DNA from: Lama guanicoe
Taxonomy: Eukaryota
Reading direction: 5' to 3'
Length of the DNA: 64,000 bases
Assembly: GCA_013239625.1 (NCBI GenBank)
Contig: MU053881.1
Coordinates: 6,967,957-7,031,956, forward strand
This document shows, one piece after another, positions 1-11,760 of this stretch. Every line of letters starts with the position of its first letter. Positions within the stretch are counted from its first letter, which is position 1. The translations under genes were made by a program, and so were the position numbers. The notes under the pieces were generated by a model. It saw only the letters and a program-made list of their open reading frames with translations, ran no database searches and was not told where the DNA came from.

Positions 1-448
1 GCGTATTCATCTAGCAACCCATCGCTAGGACTCCCTCCCAGCTGGCCAATTGGAATGAGTGGTTCTGCCTTATCTCAAAGGTAGGACTAAGGACAGCAAA
101 CTTTTGTTGAGCACTCAACACACCAGGCGCAAGCAGTGACTAATTTAATGCTCCCAACAACGCCTGAGAAAGTGCTCTTTCATCACCACCGTGCTGGCCT
201 AACAAAACAAGTCCAAGTTGGCAATTTTGGTTTTCTAGTCAATGGCAAAATCATTTTTGTCCCTCGGAACATCATTTATTATCTGAAGAGGAGAGTAAAT
301 AGCCCCTCCCTTATCTATTTCACAAGGTTGTCCTAAAGATAAACGTGCCGAACCGTGCGGACACACCTTAGAAACTATGTTATAGATCATTAAGGTTGCA
401 TTGCTTTTAAGCGTGGCCGCTACAGAGCACAGCCCCAAAGAAGGCGGG

Positions 449-620
449 GCTTTGGGTCAGACAGACCCAATTAGGGGCTGGATCTATTTCGTAAACCTTG
501 GCAAGTTAGGGATCCCTCCTGAGCAGCACGTTTCCATCTGTAAAATGAGGATGTTAAATTCTTGAAGGGTTGTTAGAATTGGATGGAATATCACGTGTGA
601 GTCTTTGGGACACACCGTAG
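449..620 (+). mobile_element. MIR SINE remnant
   Basis: Core-like ccttggcaagtta...tttccatctgtaaaatgaggat. Boundaries approximate. Confidence 0.65.
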
Positions 621-896
621 ATGTTTGTGTATCTTCAGGCCCTTTGAGACACTTCAGAACCTATTTTATGTGTATACATAAAGAGTGTCTCGGGTTGGAG
701 TGTCCTTAAATGATCGTTTGTATTAAGAAATCATAAATTACTTGGCAGGTTCTGCTGTCTCCATTGTATCTTTATTATGGAGGCACAAAACTGCTAAAGA
801 AAGAAGACATTTCTATGATTGAAAAATACAGTTCTTATAGGACTTCTGCTTTGATGATAGGTTAATATCTTTTTTTTTCTTTCTTCCCCTTACCAG

Positions 897-909
897 GATG
901 AAGATGATG
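897..909 (+). CDS. LCP2: LCP2/SLP-76 internal coding microexon (13 nt; DEDD plus first base of V). The gene starts upstream of the window.
   Basis: Long pyrimidine tract ending taccag|GATGAAGATGATG|gtatgt. Joins in frame to the next exon to give DEDDVHQRPLP, matching SLP-76. Confidence 0.9.
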
Positions 910-1580
910 GTATGTTCAGAAAGGCTTTCTTACAACTTATAACCCATCCCTTCATTTTTATGCTCAGGCATTCAGAAACCCCATTGAATCCATTATGATT
1001 GTTAAATCAGTATTAAGTAGACATTATGTCAGTTGGTATATTGCCTAACTATAATAAAATGGAATTACTTGGCTGAGTTACCAAGGAGAACTGTTAAGTT
1101 CATGCCTAGCAGTGTGAATTACTTACTAGTAAAGCAACATTAAAAACCGCATGTACAGTTTGATAGAAAACATTCTAGTGTTTATGCTTTATAACACATG
1201 GATAAAGGACCCCTGCAGATGAATGACATAGCATTAAAAAATTCGGCTTTTGTAAAACAAAACTTGTGAATCATTTCTGAAATTCATATGGTTTCCATTT
1301 GACAATTTTCTGCCAAGTTAACATTTCAAAAATGAAAAAAATGTGTATTATGGAGAACGATGTATCATGGCAGCATTTTAAAATGCACTCTAAGGTGGTA
1401 ACCATCTAGAAAAACCTTGGGGAGAGGGGCTTCCATCCTGCCACTTCCTAATGACATTCGATCTTTTGCATTTTTCTATCTCCCTTTAGACCAACTGTTT
1501 CTAACTGGGGAGCAGTTCTGGGATGTTCCTGTGACACTTGGATTCTGACTATCTGCTTTCTTTTCTTTTTTCCCCCACAG

Positions 1581-1710
1581 TGCATCAGAGACCTCTGCCC
1601 CCGCCAGCACCACATGCCATGAACTCCAACACCTTCCCTGCAAGATCTACCAAGCCGTCGCCCAAGCACTCCCTCCCATCACCCCACCTGCCCGGAGCCT
1701 TCTCAGAAAG
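1581..1710 (+). CDS. LCP2: LCP2 coding exon (proline-rich region, (V)HQRPLPPPAPHAMNSNTFPARSTKPSPKHSLPSPHLPGAFSE)
   Basis: tcccccacag| acceptor and GAAAG|gtttgt donor. Translation resembles the SLP-76 segment VHQRPLP...SNTFP.RSTKPSP...PGAFSE. Confidence 0.95.
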
Positions 1711-2860
1711 GTTTGTGCTGACGCCATAGTCTGTGTTCTAACGTGAGTTCTAACTTAGGTTAATGTCTGGGGCCACTGATACTGAGCTAATAACATCAGG
1801 TGGGTTGACGAAGAAAGAAATGAGCCAGTGGTCGGAGGGTCAGAATATTTGGGGTCTTAAGAAACAAAACCAAGCTGAGCATAAAGAACCACATGTGTTA
1901 ACTCTCTGCCGTCCTCTGAACCTCTGTGGGTCAGAGGGGTACAGAACCGACAGCCTGTTGCGGCTCCAGATGGAATGGACTCTTTGGCAGGAAATGGGGA
2001 GTATTTTCACATTGCGGCTAAAACAAAGAAATAAACACTCAGAAAACCGAATTAATTTAATTACTTGGAGTTCACCCTGCCTCTTGGATGGGAGGACTGA
2101 AGAAACGTACCTTGCCCTTAGCAGATATCGAGAATTCACCGCACAGCCTCTGTCCCCAGCAGGTCCATTTTCTTGGTGGCAACAGTGTTTCTTGGGGCCC
2201 ATGATGAGGCAGGCTGTCCAGAAGCAAATGACTTGGGTCATTTCTCCTAAAGAAGCCCACAGGCTGCCTCCTGGTGTCCCCGAGGCCTCCAGCCCTTTGG
2301 ATTCAACTCCTTTACTACCCAGAGGTGCCCAGTCCCCACCTTAAATATGGAAGGAAACACCCTCAGCAAGATTCTTCCACCCCTGCCAGAGATCTGCAAG
2401 GAGTCTAAAATTTTTTTTCATTTTCCCTGGGTGCCTCTTGCTCTGACTTTCTGCTGTTTCTTCTCATTCTCCATTCTTCCAGCTATCTTTCTTTTTCTGC
2501 CACGTCTGCCATTTTCTAATGCATGCCATTTTCTCTTCATCCCACCCTGGGCCCCCAAATACCGCTCATCCAAGATTGCTGAGCAGAGCAGACTTCTACA
2601 GAAGGTGTTCGGTCTACGGGTGGGGAAACTGCTGCTCCGCGTGGAGCAGACCTTATCTCAGGGCCCCCCCGCAGGCTCTCTGTCCACCACTCCAGTCTCT
2701 GGGCAGCGCTCCAAGCCCTCTCTTTGTTTCTCACCCACCCCACCCTCTCCTTGTAGACTGTTAGGCCATGGGGATTCACCATTCCCAACCAACATGCCCA
2801 TTTAATATATTTTCCTAACCAAAGAGAAGTCCTCTCCCCAGGGGACTTCTGTCATGCTCC

Positions 2861-3332
2861 TGTGAATGAAAAATACTGCATACCATACCAGTAAACAAAG
2901 AATCCTGAAGCCATCAAGTCATCAGCGGCTGCCGCCACCCCCCAGTGAAGACAAGCCTGCAGCCTGGCCTCTGCAGCCACTCACAATGGCGCACCCTGAG
3001 GGGACTCAGAATAAGAAAGGACAGGATACTGGCCCTAGATAGCTAGGTGCTTGTCAAAGGAATGAATTCAATGAGCCCAGATGTTTGCTTCCTCCCATAC
3101 ATAGAAAAGTGCTAAATTGTTTAACTTGAGAAGCCTGGTTTTCTTTAGTTAGCAAATGATCTTTTGATGTTCCAACTACCTGGTCTCTGTTGTAAAGCTC
3201 CTATATCTCCTAGCTCCTCCCCCACCTCTTCGGAGCAGTCCCTCAGAGCCATCTGAGAGGCTGAGTCCTCAGAATTGTCCACCCAAAAAACTATAACTCA
3301 ACATTTAGGTTGTGCGTTTATTTCAGTCGACA
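2861..3332 (+). mobile_element. Solo ERV LTR (ERV1-class by 4-bp TSD), intronic in LCP2
   Basis: Begins TG (2861) and ends CA (3332), flanked by an identical CTCC at 2857-2860 and 3333-3336. TATA-like segment at 3201 and GT-rich U5-like end. Confidence 0.85.
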
Positions 3333-3633
3333 CTCCAAACTCAAGGTCCTCAAACTGCAGTCGACTTTTAAAAGTAACTTTTAGAGTCCTTTACATAATT
3401 GTTTGGTTTCTCTTGTTTTGTGGCTTGTGAAGCTTGTTAACCGTCGGGATGGTCCATCTTGGGACAGTAGTGAAGTATGTCCAGCAAGTTCTTTGCCCTG
3501 GGCCCGTGGTTTCAGGGAGGGGTGGGGAGCAATAACAAAGGAAGCAGCATTGACCTAGGCCCAGCTCTCCCCCACCACCCACCACACCTATATCCAACCC
3601 TACTTAAAGTTCGTTCTTTTCCTCTCCCCACAG

Positions 3634-3683
3634 TAACAGCAGTTTCCAGCACAGCGCCTCCCTGCCGCCATACTTCTCTCAAG
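3634..3683 (+). CDS. LCP2: LCP2 coding exon (50 nt; (S)NSSFQHSASLPPYFSQ)
   Basis: cctctccccacag| acceptor and CAAG|gtttgt donor. Phases match both neighbouring exons, and SASLPPYFSQ is SLP-76 sequence. Confidence 0.93.
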
Positions 3684-3871
3684 GTTTGTACCCTGGGCTC
3701 TAGTGACCTGTCCCAGCCAACGCGCCTTCATGACTGCACTGCCAACCTGTCCCAAAGCCTCTTGGCAAAGGTCTTGTTGTTTGCTGAAAGCAGTTGACTT
3801 CCTCGTTCAGTACTTAACTCAGTTTCTGCGGTGTGTCAAGGGCTGTTGGAGTGACAGGATTCCACGTAGAA

Positions 3872-3897
3872 ACACACACACACACACACACACACAC
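3872..3897. repeat. (AC)13 microsatellite
   Basis: Read directly from the sequence. Confidence 0.95.
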
Positions 3898-4158
3898 TTC
3901 CTTAGGAAGGTGGGCTTGGCTTTTACCTTCCCATATAGAGCCTTTCCTCCTTGCTGTTTTTATATAGCGCTAAGGATGGTGCTTCTCTGTAGGTTCGGTT
4001 TGAATAATGACTCTGACCTTGAGTTGTTAGTTGGGGAGCGCGCTTAAAATATAGGTTAAGAGGCCCCAACCCTCGAGATTCTGATACCCTTAAGGCTGGC
4101 TGAGGACCTGAGTTTTCAATCATACCTCCTCTGGGTGTCCACGATAAGTGTTTGCTGG

Positions 4159-4307
4159 GAGTGTTCTCAACTTTAATATGCATAGAAGTCACCTGGGAAC
4201 GTGTTAACATGCAGCTTCTAATGCAGTGGGTCTTGGGTGGGACCTGCGATTCTGCATTTCTAGCAAGTTCTCGTGTGATTCTTGCTGGTCCACTCTGAGT
4301 AGAAGCA
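4159..4307. mobile_element. MER5A-like hAT-Charlie DNA transposon remnant
   Basis: gtgttctcaacttt...tcacctggg...gtgggacctgcgattctgcatttctagcaagttc resembles the MER5A consensus as I recall it. Confidence 0.7.
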
Positions 4308-5057
4308 AAAGTCTGCAAGGTAGGACTAGACTGTGTTTATTTTTTATCCTTAAAGGCTTGCGAGTGACTGGCACATGGTAGGCACTTTAAAAAGTTTTGA
4401 TGAATGACTGAGTTTCAAGTGACTGTGAAAAGTCACCCAACTGTAGTAAATAGTTTTTTTTTTTAATGCCAGGAAACTTACCTAGTTTTATCAGATCATC
4501 TGATTTCTTTCCCAAGAAAAACTAGAAATATGGCTTTTAATGTGGAATTACCTGATTTTTAAAGGTTGACTTAAAATTTTAAAAAAATCTTGTGAGAAAA
4601 AATTGAACTTTTTTTTTTTTTGCAGCACATGAAAGAACACCAGTGTGTGTTATAAACAGAAAAATACTTTGGTATAAGTTTAAATTATAACTCAAAAGTA
4701 GATCTTTTTTTCAGGAACACATCCATTCTATTCAGTTGGATACATCAGCCCATACATGTGTGAGATCCTACCACTAACCCCAATGAAATCCACTAAGTTT
4801 TCAATGTTTCCTAAGCATGTGAGGATATAGTGTCCATATTCACTACATGGCTTCCACAGTTCTCCCCACACACCTCAATTTTTCAATGTTTACTGTGTTC
4901 TGTGCACCCACCTTGTGTTCCTTGCCTGGACCCTGCAGGCATCTGAGCCTCAGACACTTCACTTATAACAATATCTCCCAAGGTATGCCACAGACCCCTG
5001 CTTTTATGGGCTGGTGATGGGGGTTACTAATATAAATAGTTAATTCTTTTTTGGAAT

Positions 5058-5249
5058 ATAGTCATCCTTCCATATGGGGGGATTGGTTGCACAATCCTCG
5101 CAAATGCCAAAATCCGAGGATGCTCAAGCCCTTTATATAAAGTGGCGTAGCGCAGTATGCCCTCCACACACACAGGGTCCGCATTCGCAGATTCAGTCTG
5201 AGGTTGGTTGAATCTGAGGACGCAGACCTGGAATACAGCGGGCATACTG
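5058..5249. mobile_element. MER8/MER2-like Tigger (Tc1/mariner) MITE
   Basis: ggggattggtt...ccaaaatccgaggatgctcaagccctttatataaagtggcgtag...ggttggttgaatctgaggacgcag is typical of the Tigger-derived MER2/MER8 group. Confidence 0.75.
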
Positions 5250-6944
5250 CGCTACCTTAATCAAAACTGACCGCTTTTCTCCTAAGAGTGCTAGGACCCC
5301 TGGTCCTGGCCCTCAGTCTAGCCCACTGGCTGCTTGATGGTCAGGAAGATAAAGGATGTGCTTTGTATTGTCCAAAACATCTGTCTCACATCTCTTGAGG
5401 ATCTAGGTAATAAGGGTGGTGGGTGACTTTCATGAAAATTATTGTCTGTCATGAAAAGTGACTTTACAGTGCTGGCCTGCGGATGCAGAAGCAGGAAGAA
5501 AATTCCTCAGCTCTAACACAGTCATATAACATAGGCATTGGTCACATGACTTTCCCATATGGCTAGATTCAATCCACAAACATTATAAAAGTGCCTGCTG
5601 TGCTGGACTGCAAAGGTAGGCATGGGGAAGGGCTGTTAAGGCTCTGGGAGCCTTCAGAAGAAAGATCAGCAGCTCAGGCCAGCTTGATCTGCTTATTTAG
5701 AGACAGGGAATCTCATCTCAGATAATCCTGGTGACATGGCTGGGAAGACTCTGGCCCTTCCCAAGTAACTCTCCTCCCTCAGTGGCATGGGGGGCAGACG
5801 GTTTACCACTTCAGTGTATTGCAGATGGAGGAACAGCCCAGGTGAAGAACCACCTGGGGTGCTTGTTAAATGCAGATTCCTGAGCCTGGGTGATCCGGGG
5901 TCCCCCTGGGATTCTCGTTTATGTACAGTAATGTTTGGGAACCACAGGTTCAAGTCCTGGCCCTGCCACTAAGAGCATATGATTTATTTAGACTCTGAGT
6001 CTTTGTTTCCTCATATTCAAAAAGAAGATAATCTCTCTCTGTAGGGTTGCTGTGAGGACGAAAGGGAGCATTTGCAGGTGCTACTCAGGGCCTGAAAGGG
6101 TAGTGCAGAATAAGTATTTGCTGAATGAACAAATGAATGGTGGATGAATTATTAAGAGAACACTCAACACACAGGACTTCCCAGGCTTTGGCAGCTGTTC
6201 TGGCACACAGAAGACAGCCTTGGCAATTACACCTCAACACAATCAAACCTTTCCTGAAATTAGGAAACATGTTTCAGGGAACTGTCAACAAGGAAAAAAA
6301 GCTTACCGAAGGTGAGGCACTCAAGTGCTGGGTGATTTACAGGACCCAACACAGACTTCCTGATTGATCAGACAGGTGGTGGAACCTTTATGGGAGTTGA
6401 ACTGCTTTACCTCCGTTAGAAAATCTGGTTCATAAGAGCAGGTGGCAAACTGTTTCTAAAAGCTAACGATATTCTCAAGGTAATTTCACCTTGTCTTGGG
6501 TAACATACGCTTCTTTTTGTGAAAACAATGAGAACGTAATTATTTTATTACCGTATTGTTACCACATGAGCGGTAAGGAATCCATTCTGGGTGTGCTGGA
6601 GTCTGTGAAAGATTTGTCTCTTGAACATTGCTTTTGATGATCACATTAGAACCACGTGACCTTTTCACCAGTGGATCTAGTCACTTTACATGTCACGTGC
6701 ACAAGTAAGCAATCCCTCAGATGTGTGGTAGTGTCTCAGAATTTCACTGGCCTGGCTACAGAATAATGCCTGAGCAACCCTTGTGGTTTTGAACAAGTAA
6801 AAATTATTTTTCAAGCTGTGGTGTCTTGAAATGTTAATTGCTGGGAACAATTGCAGAACCATTTGGGGGGAGGGGGGATGTGTTATGACAGAAGTGAAAA
6901 ATTGCTTAAAGTAAATTAACTTTCAAAATGCTATACTTTTGAAG

Positions 6945-7039
6945 GCTCTAGCAACAGACCACCTCCCAGAGCTGAAGGCAGAAACTTTTCCTTGCCAGTT
7001 CCAAGCAAACCTCGGCCATCATCCCCTGGGGAAGAAGAG
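6945..7039 (+). CDS. LCP2: LCP2 coding exon (95 nt; (G)SSNRPPPRAEGRNFSLPVPSKPRPSSPGEEE)
   Basis: ttttgaag| acceptor and GAG|gtaata donor. In frame with the flanking exons and similar to SLP-76 NRPP.RAEGRNF.LP.P.KPRP.SP.EEE. Confidence 0.93.
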
Positions 7040-7665
7040 GTAATAAAGCATATGTTTGTATTTTATTTTTTCCCCAGCAAATGAATCTTCAGAAGCTCCC
7101 ACTGAATACTCTCTTGTACTTCTATCTTCTATTTAGCCTTAATTTTTTTAGTGGAAAATTTTAGTGAAAAAAATTAAGGAGAAGATTCAGATGAAAAATA
7201 ATACATTCTTTTTCCTTGGTGTTTTTCAGACTCTTCCAATGGCAAATGTGTGTTTTGCATTAAACAATGAGAAGAAGAATCCTATTTTTCATCTGTTTCT
7301 TAGCATATGACATTGCATAAGTCACTTAACTTCTCGTTCACCCAGTTTTTTTCATTAAATATATCACTGTACTAAACTGGAGAAATCATTACATCTCTAT
7401 CTTTCCTGATTAGAGGCTCCGTTATAAGTGGAATGCTTATTCACAGCTATCTTTGCAGCCAACTTCATGATAAAAAGCAGTTCACACAAAATATCTTCTA
7501 TTTAGCCTCACCTGAATGATTCTATATTCAACTTAAGAAAACAAATGTTTCAAACCTCATGGAATTGAGGTGGTTATTCATGGGAATGATTACTTGAAGG
7601 TTTTGCTTTTCACTTACATGTGTAACTGCAGCATTTATTCTGTTTTTAAAAATTTACATTTTCAG

Positions 7666-7743
7666 AATTCATTACGTCAAGAGTGGTATGTTTCTTATAT
7701 TACCCGACCAGAGGCAGAAGCTGCTCTTAGAAGAATAAACCAG
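7666..7743 (+). CDS. LCP2: LCP2 coding exon, start of SH2 domain (NSLRQEWYVSYITRPEAEAALRRINQ)
   Basis: attttcag| acceptor and CAG|gtactg donor, 78 nt. Contains the SH2 N-terminal WY...I.R.EAE motif. Confidence 0.97.
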
Positions 7744-8315
7744 GTACTGTGCTAAAATTTATTTTTAAGTACTTATAAATATTAATGGAAGAAAAAAAGG
7801 GAACTGACTTCTACTGAGCACCAATTATGGGTTAGAAATTCTGTTAGGTGCTGGTCATGCTGTGATACCGAGGGGACCAATTAGTGCCAGCGTCCCACCG
7901 ACCAGCATCCATATCAATGATTCCTATGACTCTGGGGAAAAAAATCTAAATTAAGGTAGTCATTTGGCTGGCAGAATTTTAGATTTTTTATCAACAGAAA
8001 GAGTCCATCTTTTCACAGGAATCAAATAGCTTCAAAAGGAGACTCTCTTTCCCCCAAATTTCCAACATCTTACCAGCCCATCTTCCTCTTAATACACAGT
8101 CGCCATCCATATTGATGTGAAAGGACCCATATTGAGAGAGACAACAGCAACTTTTTGTCCTTTTCCCTAGAAATTTCTAGCTGTCTTTTTATAATAAAGG
8201 TCTTAAATGGGACTTCCTATTTCCTGGTGCTGAACATTAACCTTAAATCAATGTATCAGAGGCAGGAAAGTAGAAAGCTTTCATCTTTCATATCTTACAC
8301 TTCTCGAGGCTACAG

Positions 8316-8490
8316 TAGTAGTTTTCAAGCTTGATTCCACATTTAAATCACTTGGGGAGCCTTAAAAAAATTCGGATTCTGGTCTCACCTGGAGAGATTC
8401 TGATTTAATTAATCAGGGGTGCTGTGTGGACTCCGGAAGTCTTCAAAACTTGAAATTCCAAAGTGAAGCCAGGGCCCTGAATCACTTGTC
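8316..8490. mobile_element. MER5-like hAT remnant
   Basis: aatcacttggggagccttaaaaaa...agagattctgatttaatt motif. Confidence 0.6.
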
Positions 8491-9293
8491 CACAGGTGTA
8501 TTTGTTCATCAGAGATGTTCTGACTAGAATTTACTCAACCAACTTGAAATAAAAAGAAAAAAGGAAAGCCATTTATTTTTTTGCCAACTGTTGGCTTTTT
8601 AAAACCATCCCGATTCAATACACAGAGGACAGAGTAGTTTAAATGGGTCCTTCCTAATTCATTCTATTTTAATATTAGATCTTTACTGTATGACTATTAT
8701 GTAGCAATAGTTTATGGAATGAAATTTTAAAGTACAGGACAAATCACAACATTATTTTGGTAAATTTCAGGAAAAAAGGGTGATAAGGACACAGATGGTC
8801 CACACTGGGTTTTGTTCAGGTGTAGGATGATGAGACACAGCATCTGGATACCGTGAGGTTTTAAAACTGGTAAATTTCTTAGGCATTTGGCTGTTTTATA
8901 ACTTTGGCTCTCAAAAGAAAGGGCTAGGGAGTTAGCTCTCAGGAGTGGGAAGACGTATCTTTAGTTAATCAATAAAGTCCTTATTTTGTTCGCCCTTTAT
9001 CCACTCAACCACCTATTTGTTTTATTACTGAAAAAGAGATTCCTTTTTCATCAAGAGACTGCAAAGAGGTTTCTTTGAAATTTAGAAATTTCTCTGATAT
9101 AATCTCTGCTGCCTCTTTCTTGACAACCAAGAAATCCACAACACATGGGACTGAAGTTGTTGGGGAACTAAATGTTCACTGAATTGTCAACTGGTAGGTT
9201 TCCAGATCCCTTAAGGCTTGTCTGCTGCTCTTAACAGGCAACGAAAGTATTGATTTTTGCCTCTCCCATAATAACAAGAATTTATCCTTCTAG

Positions 9294-9449
9294 GATGGCA
9301 CTTTTCTGGTTAGAGACAGCTCTAAAAAAACAATAACCAATCCATACGTCCTCATGGTGTTGTACAAAGATAAAGTTTACAACATCCAGATCCGTTATCA
9401 GGAGGAAAGCCAAGTTTACTTGCTGGGAACTGGACTCCGAGGGAAAGAG
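9294..9449 (+). CDS. LCP2: LCP2 coding exon, SH2 core ([52 protein letters not shown])
   Basis: ccttctag| acceptor and GAG|gtaagg donor, 156 nt. Contains the FLVRDS phosphotyrosine-binding signature. Confidence 0.98.
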
Positions 9450-10773
9450 GTAAGGACTTCTAGTTGTAAAATTTCCCCTAATTCTCTATTTATGCCTCTC
9501 TGCATACCTACCTACATGGAAGCTTGCTGTAGCATTCTTTGGGGGTCCATACTGCAGGGCAACTTTAGAGTTAAGTCACATTAGTGAAACCCTTCATTTA
9601 CTGGAAGGAAGTAAAATATTAACAGTATCTACCTCTGCCACAGAGTTTTTCCTCATATATTTTATTCCAAATAGTCTAAAATCACTTTGTAACTTTAAAA
9701 AATGTATGCTCATATGTAAATTTTTAAAAATCCAGTTAGATGATGTCAAAGGCAAGTCCCTTCTATCATTCATCTCTGTCACATAATTTTAATGTATGAT
9801 TACAGTGTGTTTATAAGGCTGTATCTTAAGCAGACATCTGGAAAAAGGGGAAAAATAGAATTTTTGTGCTAATTATTTAGATACTTGGGTCATTTCTTTC
9901 TAAAAATGGAGGTTTGGCCAATGAAGGTGGCCAAATTGTTGAAAACACTTTCCTCTCTTTTGCCAAGGTGTACGCTAGTCACTTTCTGGGTAGTAATCAG
10001 CGCTGGTGTGAAGGAAACCTTTCAGGGCTGCTTTATTGCAAAGGAAACTACAACTAAATTTACTGCCCCAAGCATGTTCTTTAAGTTTAAAGTTCTAGGA
10101 GGAAGATCAGCTGACTCAGACATTTCTAGAATGAGAAACAACTCAGGCATAACTTCAACTTTACTCCAAATATTTTCAAGTTATGATAATGTGAACAGGT
10201 AGAAGAAAACACACGATTTGGCCGAATGTCTGAATCGCTGGTGCCGCGTGGGTGGAGCTGCATAGGGCCTACAGAAGTGGCCATGTCTATCCTCCAGGAT
10301 TTCTCTTGGTCTCGTGTGGAAACACAAATACAAACCACTCACTGCTGTTGCCCTGGAGGGAGGCAGTGAGCAGATCTGTCATGCACGAAGTGCATAACTC
10401 TGTCTGGGGTACCTAGGTGACTTCCGACCCATATCTAGATGGATGGATGGGGGCTCCCAGTCTGGCCATCAGGGATAGGGTGATTTGGGTAATGGATGCA
10501 AAGACTTGGCTACAGAGCTCTTGTGAGTGTGGAGGTGGCAGTGGGGACACAGCAGAGATCATGAAGGAACTATTATGCCATGTTACAGTATCATCTTAGA
10601 CACCAGGGATGCTGTCTGACCTCCTGATTCCTTACACCTCCTATTATTTGTGGCTTAGAGTGAAGGGGGATACAAAAACCAAAACCAAACCACAGACAAA
10701 TAGAACGATCCTAAGATAAGGCTATCATAATTAGATTGCAGTACATATATATAACCCCCATATGAAATTAAAA

Positions 10774-10805
10774 ATATATATATACACACACACACACACA
10801 TATAT
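10774..10805. repeat. (TA)n(CA)n compound microsatellite
   Basis: Read directly from the sequence, in the last LCP2 intron. Confidence 0.85.
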
Positions 10806-11024
10806 TTGTCTTTAATCCATGGTTTGCTCAATGTTGGTGAGGAGTTATTTTTTCAAAGTTTTATAGCAGAAATCATTAAAATATTTGCCAAATTTTACAT
10901 GTTTTTTTCCTTATAATCTTCATACTTCAAGAGGTAGGATATTACATAGATTTTAAAAAACTGACAGTGAAATTCATGCTACCCATTCTGATGCTGATTT
11001 ATCTCCCTGTTCTGAATCTTTCAG

Positions 11025-11147
11025 GACTTTCTGTCTGTGTCAGATATTATCGACTACTTCAGGAAAATGCCACTTCTGCTCATTGATGGGAAAAACCGAG
11101 GCTCCAGATACCAGTGCACGCTGACCTATTCTGCAGGTTATCCCTAG
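11025..11147 (+). CDS. LCP2: LCP2 last coding exon (DFLSVSDIIDYFRKMPLLLIDGKNRGSRYQCTLTYSAGYP*)
   Basis: ctttcag| acceptor and TAG stop at 11145-11147. Matches the SLP-76 C-terminus. Confidence 0.98.
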   Translation, partial: DFLSVSDIIDYFRKMPLLLIDGKNRGSRYQCTLTYSAGYP

Positions 11148-11760
11148 CAAGTCAGCCAAGCAAACGAGCCTTCCTCCTGCCTGTCGCCAGCATAGGAAGA
11201 TCAGTCAATCTTGGAGAACCGTCAGACACTTACGACTGAATTGACCCCTCAACATGAACACAAGGGTTTTCTCCCTTCGCTTAAAAAGGTGTTTGAAATG
11301 AAGACTGTCAAGTATCCCATAATTTATTTATTCTTCTTCAATGTCTGTAAAGTGCATGAATAATAATGTTCACACTTGAAGTCTAGTAATGCACTGTAAC
11401 AATTCATTTTAAAAAGATGGGTATTTTTGAATACCCATTTCCAAGTACATTAGTTTGCACAGCTACAGAAATAATTTGGGGCAAGTTTAGAAACACTGAT
11501 ATGGTGATAGTTTTGGGGAACACATAAAAATGATCTTTTATAGAGCCAATCTTATGTCAGTCAAAGGCAATCATCAGTTTTATATGAGTAATTTGAAAAT
11601 TACTAAAATTCAGTTTCTCAGTTTAAGGAGCTTCAAAAATATTTCCTTTCCTATTTGGTATTTTTTGCTGGGGGGATTTTTATGTATTTTTTTATGAAAA
11701 AGATAAAATGTATGTTGGGATAACTTCTTGGAATTAAAATTAATTTGCCTTTTGCTTTAC
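11148..11760 (+). other. LCP2: LCP2 3' UTR (probable extent)
   Basis: Follows the stop codon. AU-rich TTATTTATT at 11324-11332. ATTAAA at 11733-11738 is followed by a T-rich tract. The end point is inferred. Confidence 0.6.
11733..11738 (+). terminator. Candidate LCP2 polyadenylation signal (ATTAAA variant)
   Basis: First AWTAAA hexamer I found after the stop codon, with a T-rich downstream element (ttgccttttgctttacttttggg). Confidence 0.5.

Noticed and set aside
1763..2805. 193-aa and 152-aa + strand ORFs
   Set aside because: They lie inside an LCP2 intron, show no recognisable domain and are not needed for the LCP2 frame. Chance ORFs.
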